In this document: one piece after another, positions 1 through 11,289 of the stretch
Position numbering within the stretch: the stretch's first letter is position 1
Layout of the letters: every line of letters starts with the position of its first letter
NCBI GenBank assembly: GCA_002269645.1
Contig: NIVC01000652.1
Span: 124,001-188,000, forward strand
Source: Macrostomum lignano
Taxonomy: Eukaryota
DNA length: 64,000 nucleotides
Direction: 5' to 3'
Program-made: the position numbers and the translations under genes
The notes under the pieces: generated by a model
Seen by the model: only the letters and a program-made list of their open reading frames with translations
Database searches by the model: none
Told to the model about the DNA's origin: nothing

Positions 1-2342
1 CATTTGGTTTTCACGAATAGAGTTTTCTAAGAAAGGCTTTCATATGAATTAAAATATTACAAATATTTCCAATTTAAACAAACTTAAATTATACCTACAA
101 AAAATATGATGCAAAATAAAATTTACACTAATTTTATTTATTTTTAATTTAAAAGAAGCAAAAAGTTTATCACTGACAATATAAATTTTCTTTACTTTAT
201 ATAAAAACGTTAATTTACATTACAATTTTCATGCACAGCATGAATTTATTCACCAAAATTTGTATGCCAAAAAGTATGCGTGGCTGTGTACACCAATAGT
301 ATACGCCAACAAAGTGCGCCAGGGGTTGTGTACGCCGATTGTGTACACCAAGGACTTAGGGTGGCCATTTTGTACGCCGGAAAAGTTCCAGCGTACATGC
401 ATACCATCCGCAACCTGGACTGTGTGGCTGTATCTCTAAAATACATAATCACCATTTTGGCTGAAACGCCTGTTGCCAAACTGGTTTATGGGCGAAATGG
501 ACTATGGGCGAAATGGTCTAGGGGCGAAATGTACATGGCCAAAACGGTTTGGGGGCAAAACAACCGGAATTCATTTAAATTACCACTATGTCTACGCAAT
601 GAAATTTTAATACTTTGAAAAAGTGTTATATCTTAAGTCTCCAATATGCCATCTCAATTAGTAATTACAAGCAGTTTACTGCTTTTTCATAAAATTCAAA
701 CTTATGACTATGTAATGTTAGGCTTAGGGCCATTTGTATAGGGCCATAGTGTTAGGCCTATACAAAGTAGTCAAGACAATAATACAATATTACCTGTATA
801 ATGTAAACAGAGAGTTTTTTAGTCCTCCATTAAGCTTGATAGCTTCCCGTAACCGATTTAGCTTTTCAATGTATTTAGCCATTAAGCCAGTAAAAATTAT
901 CAAATCAGAAATGAGACAATGATGTCTTAAATACAGGAAGAGCTGGATTACGCCTAATTCAGCTTTTCATGATAGAATTCATGCATTAAACGAAACATTA
1001 AATTCAATTTAGGTCCTAAATTGCTTCCAAAAGATGCCCTAGAAGACTATTTTATTAAATGCAATAATTTATAAAAACTGTTTAGGCACCTTAAAGGTAT
1101 GAAACATATACTATTAAGTTGATTACCACTTTTGTTTGAAACACCTCTGGCTTCGTTCAATGCCGGAAAAATAAAAGATTTCGACCTGTTAAAAGCACTG
1201 AGTTATATAATAAATGTTATTTTTTATTTTTTTGTGTTTGTTTCTGAAGTCAAAAATGTATTCTTGAACAGATTATGAAAAAAATTTAAAATTTTGTTTT
1301 AAATTGATATTTTCTAAACTTTCAAATATATTTTACGTTACATTTTTTTCGACTAATCAATCCATTTATTAAAGTTCTTATCAGTCATAGTTTTGCTAGT
1401 GTGACGATGTAGTTTAGAGCATTAAACTTTAATTTAACTTAATAAGGGCCCTTAATTTACCACTTCTTCAAAGTCGTTTTTTACACGAAATTACACTTGT
1501 GTCTTCATTTCATATAGCTATTAGCAGTAATTAGCTATACATATTACATATAGATCTATTAGCTATAAAATACAACCAGAACTTATAGACGACTTGCTAC
1601 TTTCTACTAGGGATTGCGAGATCCAGGTTTTTGAGATCCTTGGATCCAGGATTTAGTTGTTGAATTTTGCCAATCCCAGGATCAGAAAAGTACTGATTTT
1701 TAGGTTTCTGGATAGAGGATATCTTATTTTTAAGGTGAAATAGGCCTATGCCTGTACTAAATGTTTTTTTGCCTTCATTAATGATTTTATAGAATAATGA
1801 TCTATTTTAGGATGAAAAAGCATTTTTGTGACATTTAAACAAGTTCAAAATGAAAATAGTAAATAAAGTAAAGTAGTTATTATGTGGTCATCCAGGTTGC
1901 GGATGGTATGCATGTACGCCGGAACTTTTCTGGCATACAAAATGGCCACCCTCAGTCCTTGGCGTACACAATCGGCGTACACAACCCCTGGCGCACTTTG
2001 TTGGCGTACACTATTGGCGTACACAAGTAACACAGCCACGCATACTTTTTTGGCGTACAAATTTTGGTGAATCAATTCATGCCGTGCATGAAAATTGTAA
2101 TGTAAATTAATGTTTTTACGTAAAGTAAAGGAAAATTTATATCGTCAGTGATAAACTTTTTGCTTATTTTAAGTTAAAAAAAAATAAAATTAGTGTAAAA
2201 TTTTGCTGAAAGTATTAACTTTGCATGATATTTTTTGTAGGTATTATTTAAGTTTGTTTAAACTGACAATATTTGTAATATTTTAAAGACACTTTTCATA
2301 CGAAAGCCTTTCCTAGAAAACTCTATTCGTGAAAACCGAATG
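1..2342. mobile_element. Long inverted-repeat (foldback/MITE-like) element; left arm truncated by the window start
   Basis: Bases 1-419 align as the reverse complement of 1891-2342, with scattered substitutions and indels. The arms are rich in TACGCC/GGCGTA motifs and the 1.47-kb AT-rich spacer has no credible ORF. Confidence 0.7.
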
Positions 2343-2665
2343 ACACTTTTTTAGGAATTTTTAGTGTACATTTTAGTGCAACTTTTTGTTTTTGGCGTAC
2401 TCTGGCATACACGGGTACATGATCCACATACTGGGTGGTCATTTCGTCTGCCACTTGTTCATCTGCCAGCAGACGAAATGATTTCTTAAAGAGAAAAAGT
2501 AGGCCCAAAATATAGGTACATAACTTGTCAAGCTATTTTTTATAATGAGATAATGCAAGTCATGCAAAGAGTTATTGTGAGATGTCTTTTTTGTTTGTAT
2601 ACTTTTGTTTATTGCATCATTTCAAAGAAATATTATGTTTAATTTTAACACCTGTTGAAAAAATG

Positions 2666-2766
2666 GGCTATCTTGTAGTTTCGTACGTTTAATTATTTCC
2701 GGAATTATTTCGCCCTGTATTCAACCGTGGGGGTTGGAATTAAACGTGCGAAACTACAGGATAGCC
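2666..2766. mobile_element. 101-bp hairpin mini-MITE
   Basis: 29-bp inverted arms (2666-2694 and 2738-2766, 27/29 match), flanked on both sides by AAAAATG. Confidence 0.6.
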
Positions 2767-3054
2767 AAAAATGTTTTGTGACAATAGTTGGCAGATGGGG
2801 AGTAGTTTGTAGTTGAATATGATTGTGATTGGCCAGCTGTTCTAAGCATTATTATGATCCTTGGCCTATCTCTATCCAATGATAATACCATATTTGTTAT
2901 CCCATTATAAGGTTTATTCATAATAAACAAAAGTTAATATGTAATAAGGCTAAACTTTTTGTTACTATTGTTGTAATAGTGCTAATTTCTTTCACTAATA
3001 AATGTCCTAAAAGCTAAAACTATTATCTATGTTCTTCTATTGATAGTTAATAAT

Positions 3055-3385
3055 CATACATGCCTAATACCCATATAACTCATCAAACTAGATAGGTGAA
3101 ATGGCTGCTGGCCAAGGTAAGTTGCAAAATCAAAAATGCAAAAACAAATTGGGAGAAGAAAGAAAAAAGAGTAAGTGAAAAAGAAAAGAAAGGAGAATGA
3201 AAAGACAAAAAGAAAAGATAATAAAAAAGAGAAAAAAAGAGAAAAAGGCAAGATAAGTCATATACAAAGGGAAAATTAAGTCGCAATTGAGAAAACTAAG
3301 TCACAATCAGAAGGAACTAAGTCGCAAATCTAGAAAAAAATAAAGTCAAATTAGACAGATAAAATTTTGAGGTTGGGCATGTATG
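3055..3385. mobile_element. 331-bp non-autonomous derivative (MITE) of the local hAT family
   Basis: Starts CATACATGCC and ends GGTTGGGCATGTATG, matching the hAT TIR. The interior matches the end sequence at 10565-10800 (GGTGAAATGGC..GCCAAGGT, purine tract, ACTAAGTCGCAA motifs). The TSD is imperfect (TTAATAAT vs TTATATAT). Confidence 0.7.
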
Positions 3386-4961
3386 TTATATATAATGTAC
3401 TTTTATATATACTTTTATTTATTAGTAGCATGACTACTTCTATATTAGTAGCAACTATTTATCTGTTGGTAGCATTTGTACATATATTATACTCTTGGCC
3501 TAAGTAGTCTTTTGGTACTGTATATTCCTACTATTTTACCTATAAAGATTTTCTTATAGTCCTATATGTTCCCTAGATCAGACGGTCACAGCCTTTATGA
3601 AATTCTCATGTCCTAAAGCAATTCTTCTGCCCTGAGGCAATTTCCTTGCCCTGAGGCAATTCTCGCTTCCAGCAGATTTCTGATACTCTAAAGAAAATGA
3701 CTAAGGCTTAACACTGCAAATATCAATTTAATAAGACTAAATTGATTGTACTTGTAAGACTTACAGAATAAAAGGCAACAGATAAAATTGTCTGAGCTCC
3801 AAGTTGCTGGGGTTGCTCAAAAGTTGCCTTTCTTGGCCTCTCACTGCCCTGTATTTATATTGCTTGCATGGTATATTTAAAACAAAATTTATTTCCTAAA
3901 CTATTATTTGCTTTTACAACATTTAAACAAAAAGTATAATTTCTTTTTAGCATAAATTCAAATACTGTATTTTTTAAGAAAGATTTTGTAAATATAGTTA
4001 ATATCTATTCTATAAGGCATTCTATATTATAAAACAAGACATACATTATATATTTAGGTCAAGTTGAGTCAACATTTGGTTGGGTCTTTTAGGTAATAGC
4101 CCATTCCATATAAGATGGACATATTTAGAAAATAGAAAAAAGTCAATATTTTTGCTTGTCATTGCCTTATCAGCCAATTTTTTTAACCAAATCTTTTGTA
4201 TACAATCTAAGAATAAATAAATGATAAAATGTTGGATTAGTATGTTATCAATTGGCAAAAAGTTATTTTTGTAAAAAAATGGACATTTTCTAAGCAAAAG
4301 ACATCATTAAGTTTATGTACCTTTTAAAAACAAATAGAAAGCTTTAGAAGGTTAAAACAAACTATATATAAAATTATAGTACTTGCATCATCAGATATAA
4401 ACGTTAGCAACCGTATAATCTATTATATTTTTAATATATTAGTACCTTAAAGTTACTGAATTGACAGAAAAAATATGTTATGACCATAAAGGCTGCCTTT
4501 TCTTTTGTATCTTTGTTGCCTTTTTGAGTTTATATATTCTAATAAAAGAGTATGACTTCTAAAGACATACATGCGCAACCTCTGAAATTACGCTGGCTGT
4601 GCGACTTAGTTTTGACCAAAAATGCGACTTAGTTTTGCGACTTTGTTTTTTCGTTAATAGAAGCTTTTTCTAGAAAATATATAGCTTGTCTTCAAGTTAA
4701 GTTTCAATGTTTTCACGAAATATTACAAAACAAGACATTATAAAACATTACAAAACATTTTGTAAAACAAGATATTATGAATCACAAATGTTGAAAAACT
4801 GAATTTCTAAAATGTTTGTTTTTATACATCCATTATAATGAGTACTGCTAAACTATGCATTAATGAGGCACTCAAGCATGGCTGGGAGTATAGCAATGCT
4901 AATAATATGAGTGTCTATAATTATATATATACTTATGTCTATGGTATAAGTATGGTATGGT

Positions 4962-7900
4962 ATGGTATGGTATGGTATAACTGATGATTCTAGTTCAAGA
5001 GGTAGCATTGGAAAACTGCGGCTAGCTAAGATGCATTTAACCCAAAGAAGGCCTATTTTTTTAGACAAGCTTACATTTGACGATTCCTTGGCTGAAATAA
5101 TAAGGCATAATGTACATGACATGATAATATATGCTCGAAGTACACACAATAACAGGTGCACATTTTTTGAATCAATTTACTCAACCTTAAGAGATAAGCC
5201 TAACTACATCCTAAATCCAGCAAAAAAATGGGATGAAGTTGGCCATGAAGACTATTCCATAAACCGGTGTCCTACATCCAACAGTGAAGTACAAAAGCCT
5301 TTACTTTTTACAAGGTGGAAACTTGGCAAATTGACTCCAGGTAAAGAAAATGACTGCTCAGGCGCACATTGGATTTTGGAGGAGAATATTGGAATATCGT
5401 TAATTCACCAACAAGTTCTCCTAGCTCACCATCAAAGTGAAAGGCCACCCCCATCTGCATGCTCAGCAAGCTCACATCGTAATGAACTGGCAAAGGCTAT
5501 AGAATATTCACAGGAAATAGCAGCCAATCGAGATCAAGCTGTTCAAACTGCGCAAACAACAGGGCATGTGGAACAAAGTGCCTTTTGCTCAGCTGGAAGT
5601 CTACAGGAGCAGGAAGTGGATAAGGTGCTGGAAAGTGACCAGCAAACAATTGATCTAGAAGTAGAAATTGTTAGGCAAATAAATGTTCAAAGGCAATCCT
5701 TAAAGCGATCTTGTTGTCATGGACGTAGGCCTTCACCTTCAGCTGTTGATATAGATGCTGATGCGTCCAATTTGTGTGATCCAGACGTTGATATTCAAAT
5801 TAGTGACTCTGTAATTGCAGGACCTTCGAAAGAAAAAGGCCATGCATAAGTACAATTGCAGATGCATGTTTAGCAACATCAGCATTAGGATCAGGACCAT
5901 CAGGGACAGGAGAAGCAAGAACCGAACAAGTCCTAAGAAAGGATTGGGAAGATACATCTAGTTTTCAAGAGCAGTGGCTGGATTCCTTGGAAACATATCA
6001 GTCAGCATAAGAAAAATTATATGCATTTATTTTTCTCTTTTAATTAAATGCCTTTTTAGTCTATTACTACTAAATCTACTGCCTGCATCTAATCTAAATA
6101 ATTTATTTTAGGTACTTTTCAAGGAAATTTGTAACCAATGAAATGAAGACATGGTTTCAATACGCTCCAAATACCAATGATCTATTGCAATCTGGAATAC
6201 AGTGCCGAATCTGTCAACAGTATGCCAATGCACTTCCCTCAGCGACAAATGAAGCAAGTAAACGTGGCATGACATTTGTGACCGAATCAGGTTATGTTCC
6301 AAATGGACATGCAAAGGATAGTGTACAAAGAAAACTGCAAAGACATTCATCAAGTTTATTTCACTCTGAAGCCATTAATTGGATGAAAAAGAAACACCAC
6401 TCCATATTTGCAAGGCAAATTAATGAGATGAATAGGGTGGCTAAACTAGCACAAACCAAAAAGATGAAATAACTGCCAGGGTTTTAACGACTGTATATGC
6501 TGAAGTAAAAGCCAATGTTCCATTTAGTGCACATAATCTGATGGTGGATTTACAAATAAAGAATGGCTTGGATATGGGAAGTCATCACAGGCATTGTAAA
6601 AGTGCTACTACAATGGCTGAATCAATCAGTATGACCATGAATAAAATGCTACTGAAGTATATAAAAAATTCTAAAGATCTTCCAATTTCAATTGTATTAG
6701 ACACAACATCTGACATCCATTCTAACAGTTATTTGATGATCTACTTCAGAATTCTTGAAAACAGCAACCCTATGATGTTTTTCTATCGGTTCAAACGCCT
6801 TGCTCAAGTAGAAACAGGACAAAGAATTTATGAAATGCTTATTGGTATGTTCACTGAAGACAATATTCTGGAAGGTACCAGTATCAAAGAAAGACTATGG
6901 GGCATGACAACTGATGGTGCAGCAGTCATGACAGGAAATCGAGCAGGATTGGTGAGCAGACTCAGGCCTTGGGCTAAGAACAATTTCTTCCAGCATCACT
7001 GTGCAGCCCATAAGTTGGAACTTTCAATTTATCATGCTTTTGAAAACTTCCCATATATGCAGCACCTTGATACAAGCATAAATTCTCTATACAAATTTTA
7101 CATGCGACATGCTACAAAGCGCAAAGCTTCATTACTTGAAACTTCAGAAGTATTGGACAAAGTTTTTTACAAACTTAAAAGAATCTATCGCATAAGATGG
7201 GTTGCATCAGAAGTGTCTGCCCTGGATGTAATTAGGAAGTCATACTACCTTCTTCTCACAAATCTAGAAAATATCATTTCAACTTCATCAGATTTTGATG
7301 ATGAAAGTAAAGCTACTGCCTCCGGATTGCTGAAGACATTGAAAAATGTACAATATTATTCCTTGCACCTATTTCTCACTGACATTCTAAAGCTTTTGGA
7401 ATTTGAATCTTTGCAGTTTCAAAGTGCGAGAGGTACATTTATAGGATTACAAAAACGCCACAATGACTTGATCCATTCCTTAGAAATGTTAAAGACAAAT
7501 AATGGTCCTCGAGTTATTGATTTCTTAAATTCGTGCAGATGCTGCAGAGTTGTGGGACCTACTACAGATATAGAATACCATGTACGTTGTCATACAAATG
7601 ACCTATCTCATTCGGACTTTGTGTGCCCTGCTGGTACTGACGATTCAACACAAAGGTTTGAGTTGAAACAGCCATGTAGTAGACTAAGATGCCGGGTGTG
7701 CAGTACTGATGCTACTGATGTAGGACCGTATCCAGCACTGAGCGAAATCCGGCTTGTCATTATTGATAGCATTGTCAGTCAACTGCGTAAATATTTTCCT
7801 GAGGATGATTATTCAATATTTGATGTACTCAATCCGGAATCATTGCCTACGGCTGAGACATTACATACAGTTTTCACTTACAGCTCAAGAATAATTCCAT

Positions 7901-8432
7901 TGGCTAGACGCTTTGGTATGCAAGACGAGAGCCCTGTCTCAGGAGACTCTGATTCAGATTCAGAATCAGATTCTAGAGACAACATTAGGACAATATCTGG
8001 GCAGTTTTCTATTCTAATAAACAGCCTGGTTACTTCACACAAGTTTGACTTTTGTGCCTACCGTAGTAGAGGCCCCGTAAAATTTTGGAGTCACTTTATG
8101 GAAAAAAGGACAGTTGAATGGCTGCCTAAAATAAAAAAAAACTGATCTTGGTTGTCCTAACACTGCCTATATCATCTGCAGAGGCTGAACGGGGGTTTTC
8201 AATCTATAAGCACATAGCCTATGATAGAAGGTCACGCCTCACGCCTAAAACTTTGGAGCATTTGCTGCAGATTCGTATAAATGGACCTCCGTTGGCTAAT
8301 TTCAAGCCTGATGCATATGTAAATGATTGGCTCAAAAGCCACTGGCGATCTGATGCTCCTAGAGGTCGACAGGAACAAGTTACAAATGACAGCAAAGCAG
8401 AAAAAAATATCTTACAGAGTGGACTCTTTTAG
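4962..8432 (+). pseudogene. hAT transposase (ZNF862-like: TTF-type zinc finger, DDE core, hAT dimerisation domain), interrupted by three -1 frameshifts; probable intron at 6001-6111
   Basis: Motifs RKF..W..CRIC, IVLDTTSD, GMTTDGAAVMTG, HHCAAHKLEL, IRW and SSAEAERGFS. ORF pieces 4962-5849, ~5830-6000, 6112-6472, ~6445-8145 and ~8130-8432 join by single-base shifts at A-runs. The true 5' start is uncertain. Confidence 0.9.
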
Positions 8433-8580
8433 TTTGACATTGACGTCTGATAAGATACATTACATTATCACAATATACTTAATATTTTGCTAAATCGCTA
8501 TCTTGTTATTGGCTTGCTTTGCTTAGTTAAAAACTTATAAATCTGCGACATAACTGAATTCTAAATATAGCTGCTCTTAT

Positions 8581-9150
8581 TGCAACTTACCTGATCCTTT
8601 TTACGACTTAGTTGCTCCTGTTGCGACTTACCTGATCCTTTTTGCGACTTACCTGATCCTTTTTGCGACTTAGTTTGCTCCTTTTGCGACTTACCTGATC
8701 CTTTTTGCGACTTAGTTGCTCCTGTTGCGACTTACCTGATCCTTTTTGCAACTTTGTTTGCTTCTTATGCGACTTACCTGATCCTTTTTGCAACTTAGTT
8801 GCTCCTATTGCGACTTACCTGATCCTTTTTGCAACTTAGTTTGCTTCTTATGTGACTTACCTGATCCTTTTTGCGACTTAGTTGCTCCTATTGCGACTTA
8901 CCTGATCCTTTTTGCGACTTAGTTTGCTTCTTATGCGACTTACCTGATCCTTTTTGCAACTTAGTTGCTCCTATTGCGACTTACCTGATCCTTTTTGCAA
9001 CTTAGTTTGCTTCTTATGCGACTTACCTAATCCTTTTTGCAACTTAGTTGCTCCTTTGCGACTTACCTGATCCTTTTTGCGACTTAGTTTGCTTCTAGTG
9101 CGACTTACCTGATCCTTTTTGCGACTTAGTTTGCTTCTTATGCGACTTGT
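8581..9150. repeat. Subterminal tandem array of the hAT element (~20-21-bp GCGACTTACCTGATCC / GCAACTTAGTTTGC units)
   Basis: Direct repeats are visible and lie inside the right end of the element. Confidence 0.9.
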
Positions 9151-10759
9151 TTTTCTTTTGCTTCACCATTTTTCCTTGAACCGCTCTTTTTTTTGCTTTC
9201 CTGTTGCCTTTCTTTCTTGGTTCTTGTGTTTTTCTGTTTTTGGTCAACTCAATTTTGCGACTTACCCCTGGTCAGCCACGATTTACGGTGGCCGAATCAG
9301 CCAGCTCGGCCAGCAGTTGCGCATGTATGTCTAAAGATGTTCTTAGTCAAATAAAAAAAAATTGCAAAATATAAAAATTGAAAAAATGTTTTAAGACTTT
9401 CACCTTTTAGTTTCTATTTGTCAAAAATCCTGTTGTTACACCATAAGTTACACCATATGAAACTTTATAAACATATTCTTGACAAAATAATCTTTCATTC
9501 AAAATATTGGTTTAGTGTATTATATTATTAGATTTCATTTTATAAGTAAAATAGTCTGTCATGTTACGACCATAATTATATGGAATGGCCCTAATATTTT
9601 TAGATATATTCATACTTTAAAAATGATTTTGTTATTTTTACTTTAAGTATTTTCAAGATATATAGTCCAGATAATCCTTTTAATATAAAAAACATGAATA
9701 TTGACATTGCATTTTATACTTTTTTTGGTAGACAAAATGACTGCATTGTATTTTGCAGACAAAAGAATGGCAGACAAACTGGCAACAGACAAAACAACTA
9801 TCAACCAAGTAGTTAAGCAAAGAAAATATCAAACTTTATGTAGTAAATCTGTATGGCATAAATTATAAATGTATATCTATGTATATATCATGCATGATTT
9901 TTATTTTTCAAATGTAGATAATAATTAAATAGAAAGTAGAAAAAAGTTTTATAAAGTTTCTAAAGCTCTAAATTATAAAAATGACTTTATTGAGACTATC
10001 TAGACCTACTTAGTCTTACATTATATATATAGTATCAAACACTAGGCCTAGTTATTAGCAACTACTAATGGAATTTCTTTAGTTTATGATCATTGAAGAT
10101 TTAAACAATAACCATTAAAAAGATATAAAAAATGTATCATTTTAATCATATATAAAACTAGCAATCCAAAGTCATTACAATCTTCTTTATTTTCTAGTCA
10201 TCAAAGCAACAAAGGATCCAATGCCAAATATATGTAAAATGAATGAAGTGGAAGAAATGGAAAGGGTTGGCTAAGCCAAGCCATGAGAGAGGCTGCATTT
10301 ATAGAGGGAATCAATTATACTACAAAAACAAGACCCCCCATTGCAAGTCACAAGTGACTTTGTTGCTATTTTTAGCAACTGGCAAGTGGGTTTCCTTCAA
10401 TGGAGACAGGGGTCTGGGCACATGTGATTTCCCTATAAACACAAGCCCAGCACACAATGATGAAATCATTATACTTTAGACTGAAAAGAAGGAAGAGGGC
10501 CCTATCATGTGACTGGCTCATATGACAAGGGGAAAAGGCCCACAAGTGAAGTCACTTGTGAGCTCATACATGCCCAACACCCATCTGAACCAGATGGGTG
10601 AAATGGCCGCCAGCCAAGGTTAGTCACAAAATCGAAAATGGGAAAAATGAAAAATTGGGGGAAGAAAGAAAGAAGAGGAAGAGAAAAGGAAAAGAAAGGA
10701 GGAAGAAGAGAGAGAAGGAAAGAAAGAGAAAGAGAAAGAAAAGAAAAGAGAACAGAGGA

Positions 10760-11270
10760 ACTAAGTCACAATTAGGAGGAACTAAGTTGCAATCGGGAGG
10801 AACTAAGTCATAATTAGAAGGAGCTAAGTTGCAATTAGGAGGAACTAAGTTGCTAAGTTGCAATTAGGAGGAACTAAGTTGCAATCAAGAGGAACTAAGT
10901 TGCAATCAGGAGGAAATAAGTTGCAATCAGGGGGAACTAAGTCGCAATTAGGGAGCTAAGTTGCAATTAGGAGGAACTAAGTTGCAATCAAGAGGAACTA
11001 AGTTGCAATCAGGAGGAAATAAGTTGCAATCAGGGGGAACTAAGTCGCAATTAGAAGGAGCTAAGTTGCAATTAGGAGGAACTAAGTTGCAATCAAGAGG
11101 AACTAAGTTGCAATCAGGAGGAAATAAGTTGCAATCAGGGGAACTAAGTCGCAATGCAATTAGGAGGAACTAAGTTGCAATCAAGAGGAACTAAGTTGCA
11201 ATCAGGAGGAAATAAGTTGCAATCAGGGGGAACTAAGTCGCAATTGGGAGGAACTAAGTTGCAATCAGGA
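10760..11270. repeat. Subterminal ~21-bp array (GAACTAAGTTGCAATCAGGAG) of the sister hAT element
   Basis: Direct repeats; reverse-complement relative of the 8581-9150 array. Confidence 0.9.
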
Positions 11271-11289
11271 GATTTTTCTGCCTGTCCTC

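Larger units (their letters stand above)
4566..9329 (+). mobile_element. hAT-superfamily DNA transposon, full length (4,764 bp)
   Basis: Perfect 14-bp TIRs CATACATGCGCAAC (4566-4579) and GTTGCGCATGTATG (9316-9329). Perfect 8-bp TSD TCTAAAGA (4558-4565 and 9330-9337). Internal hAT transposase and subterminal GCGACTTA repeats. Confidence 0.95.
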
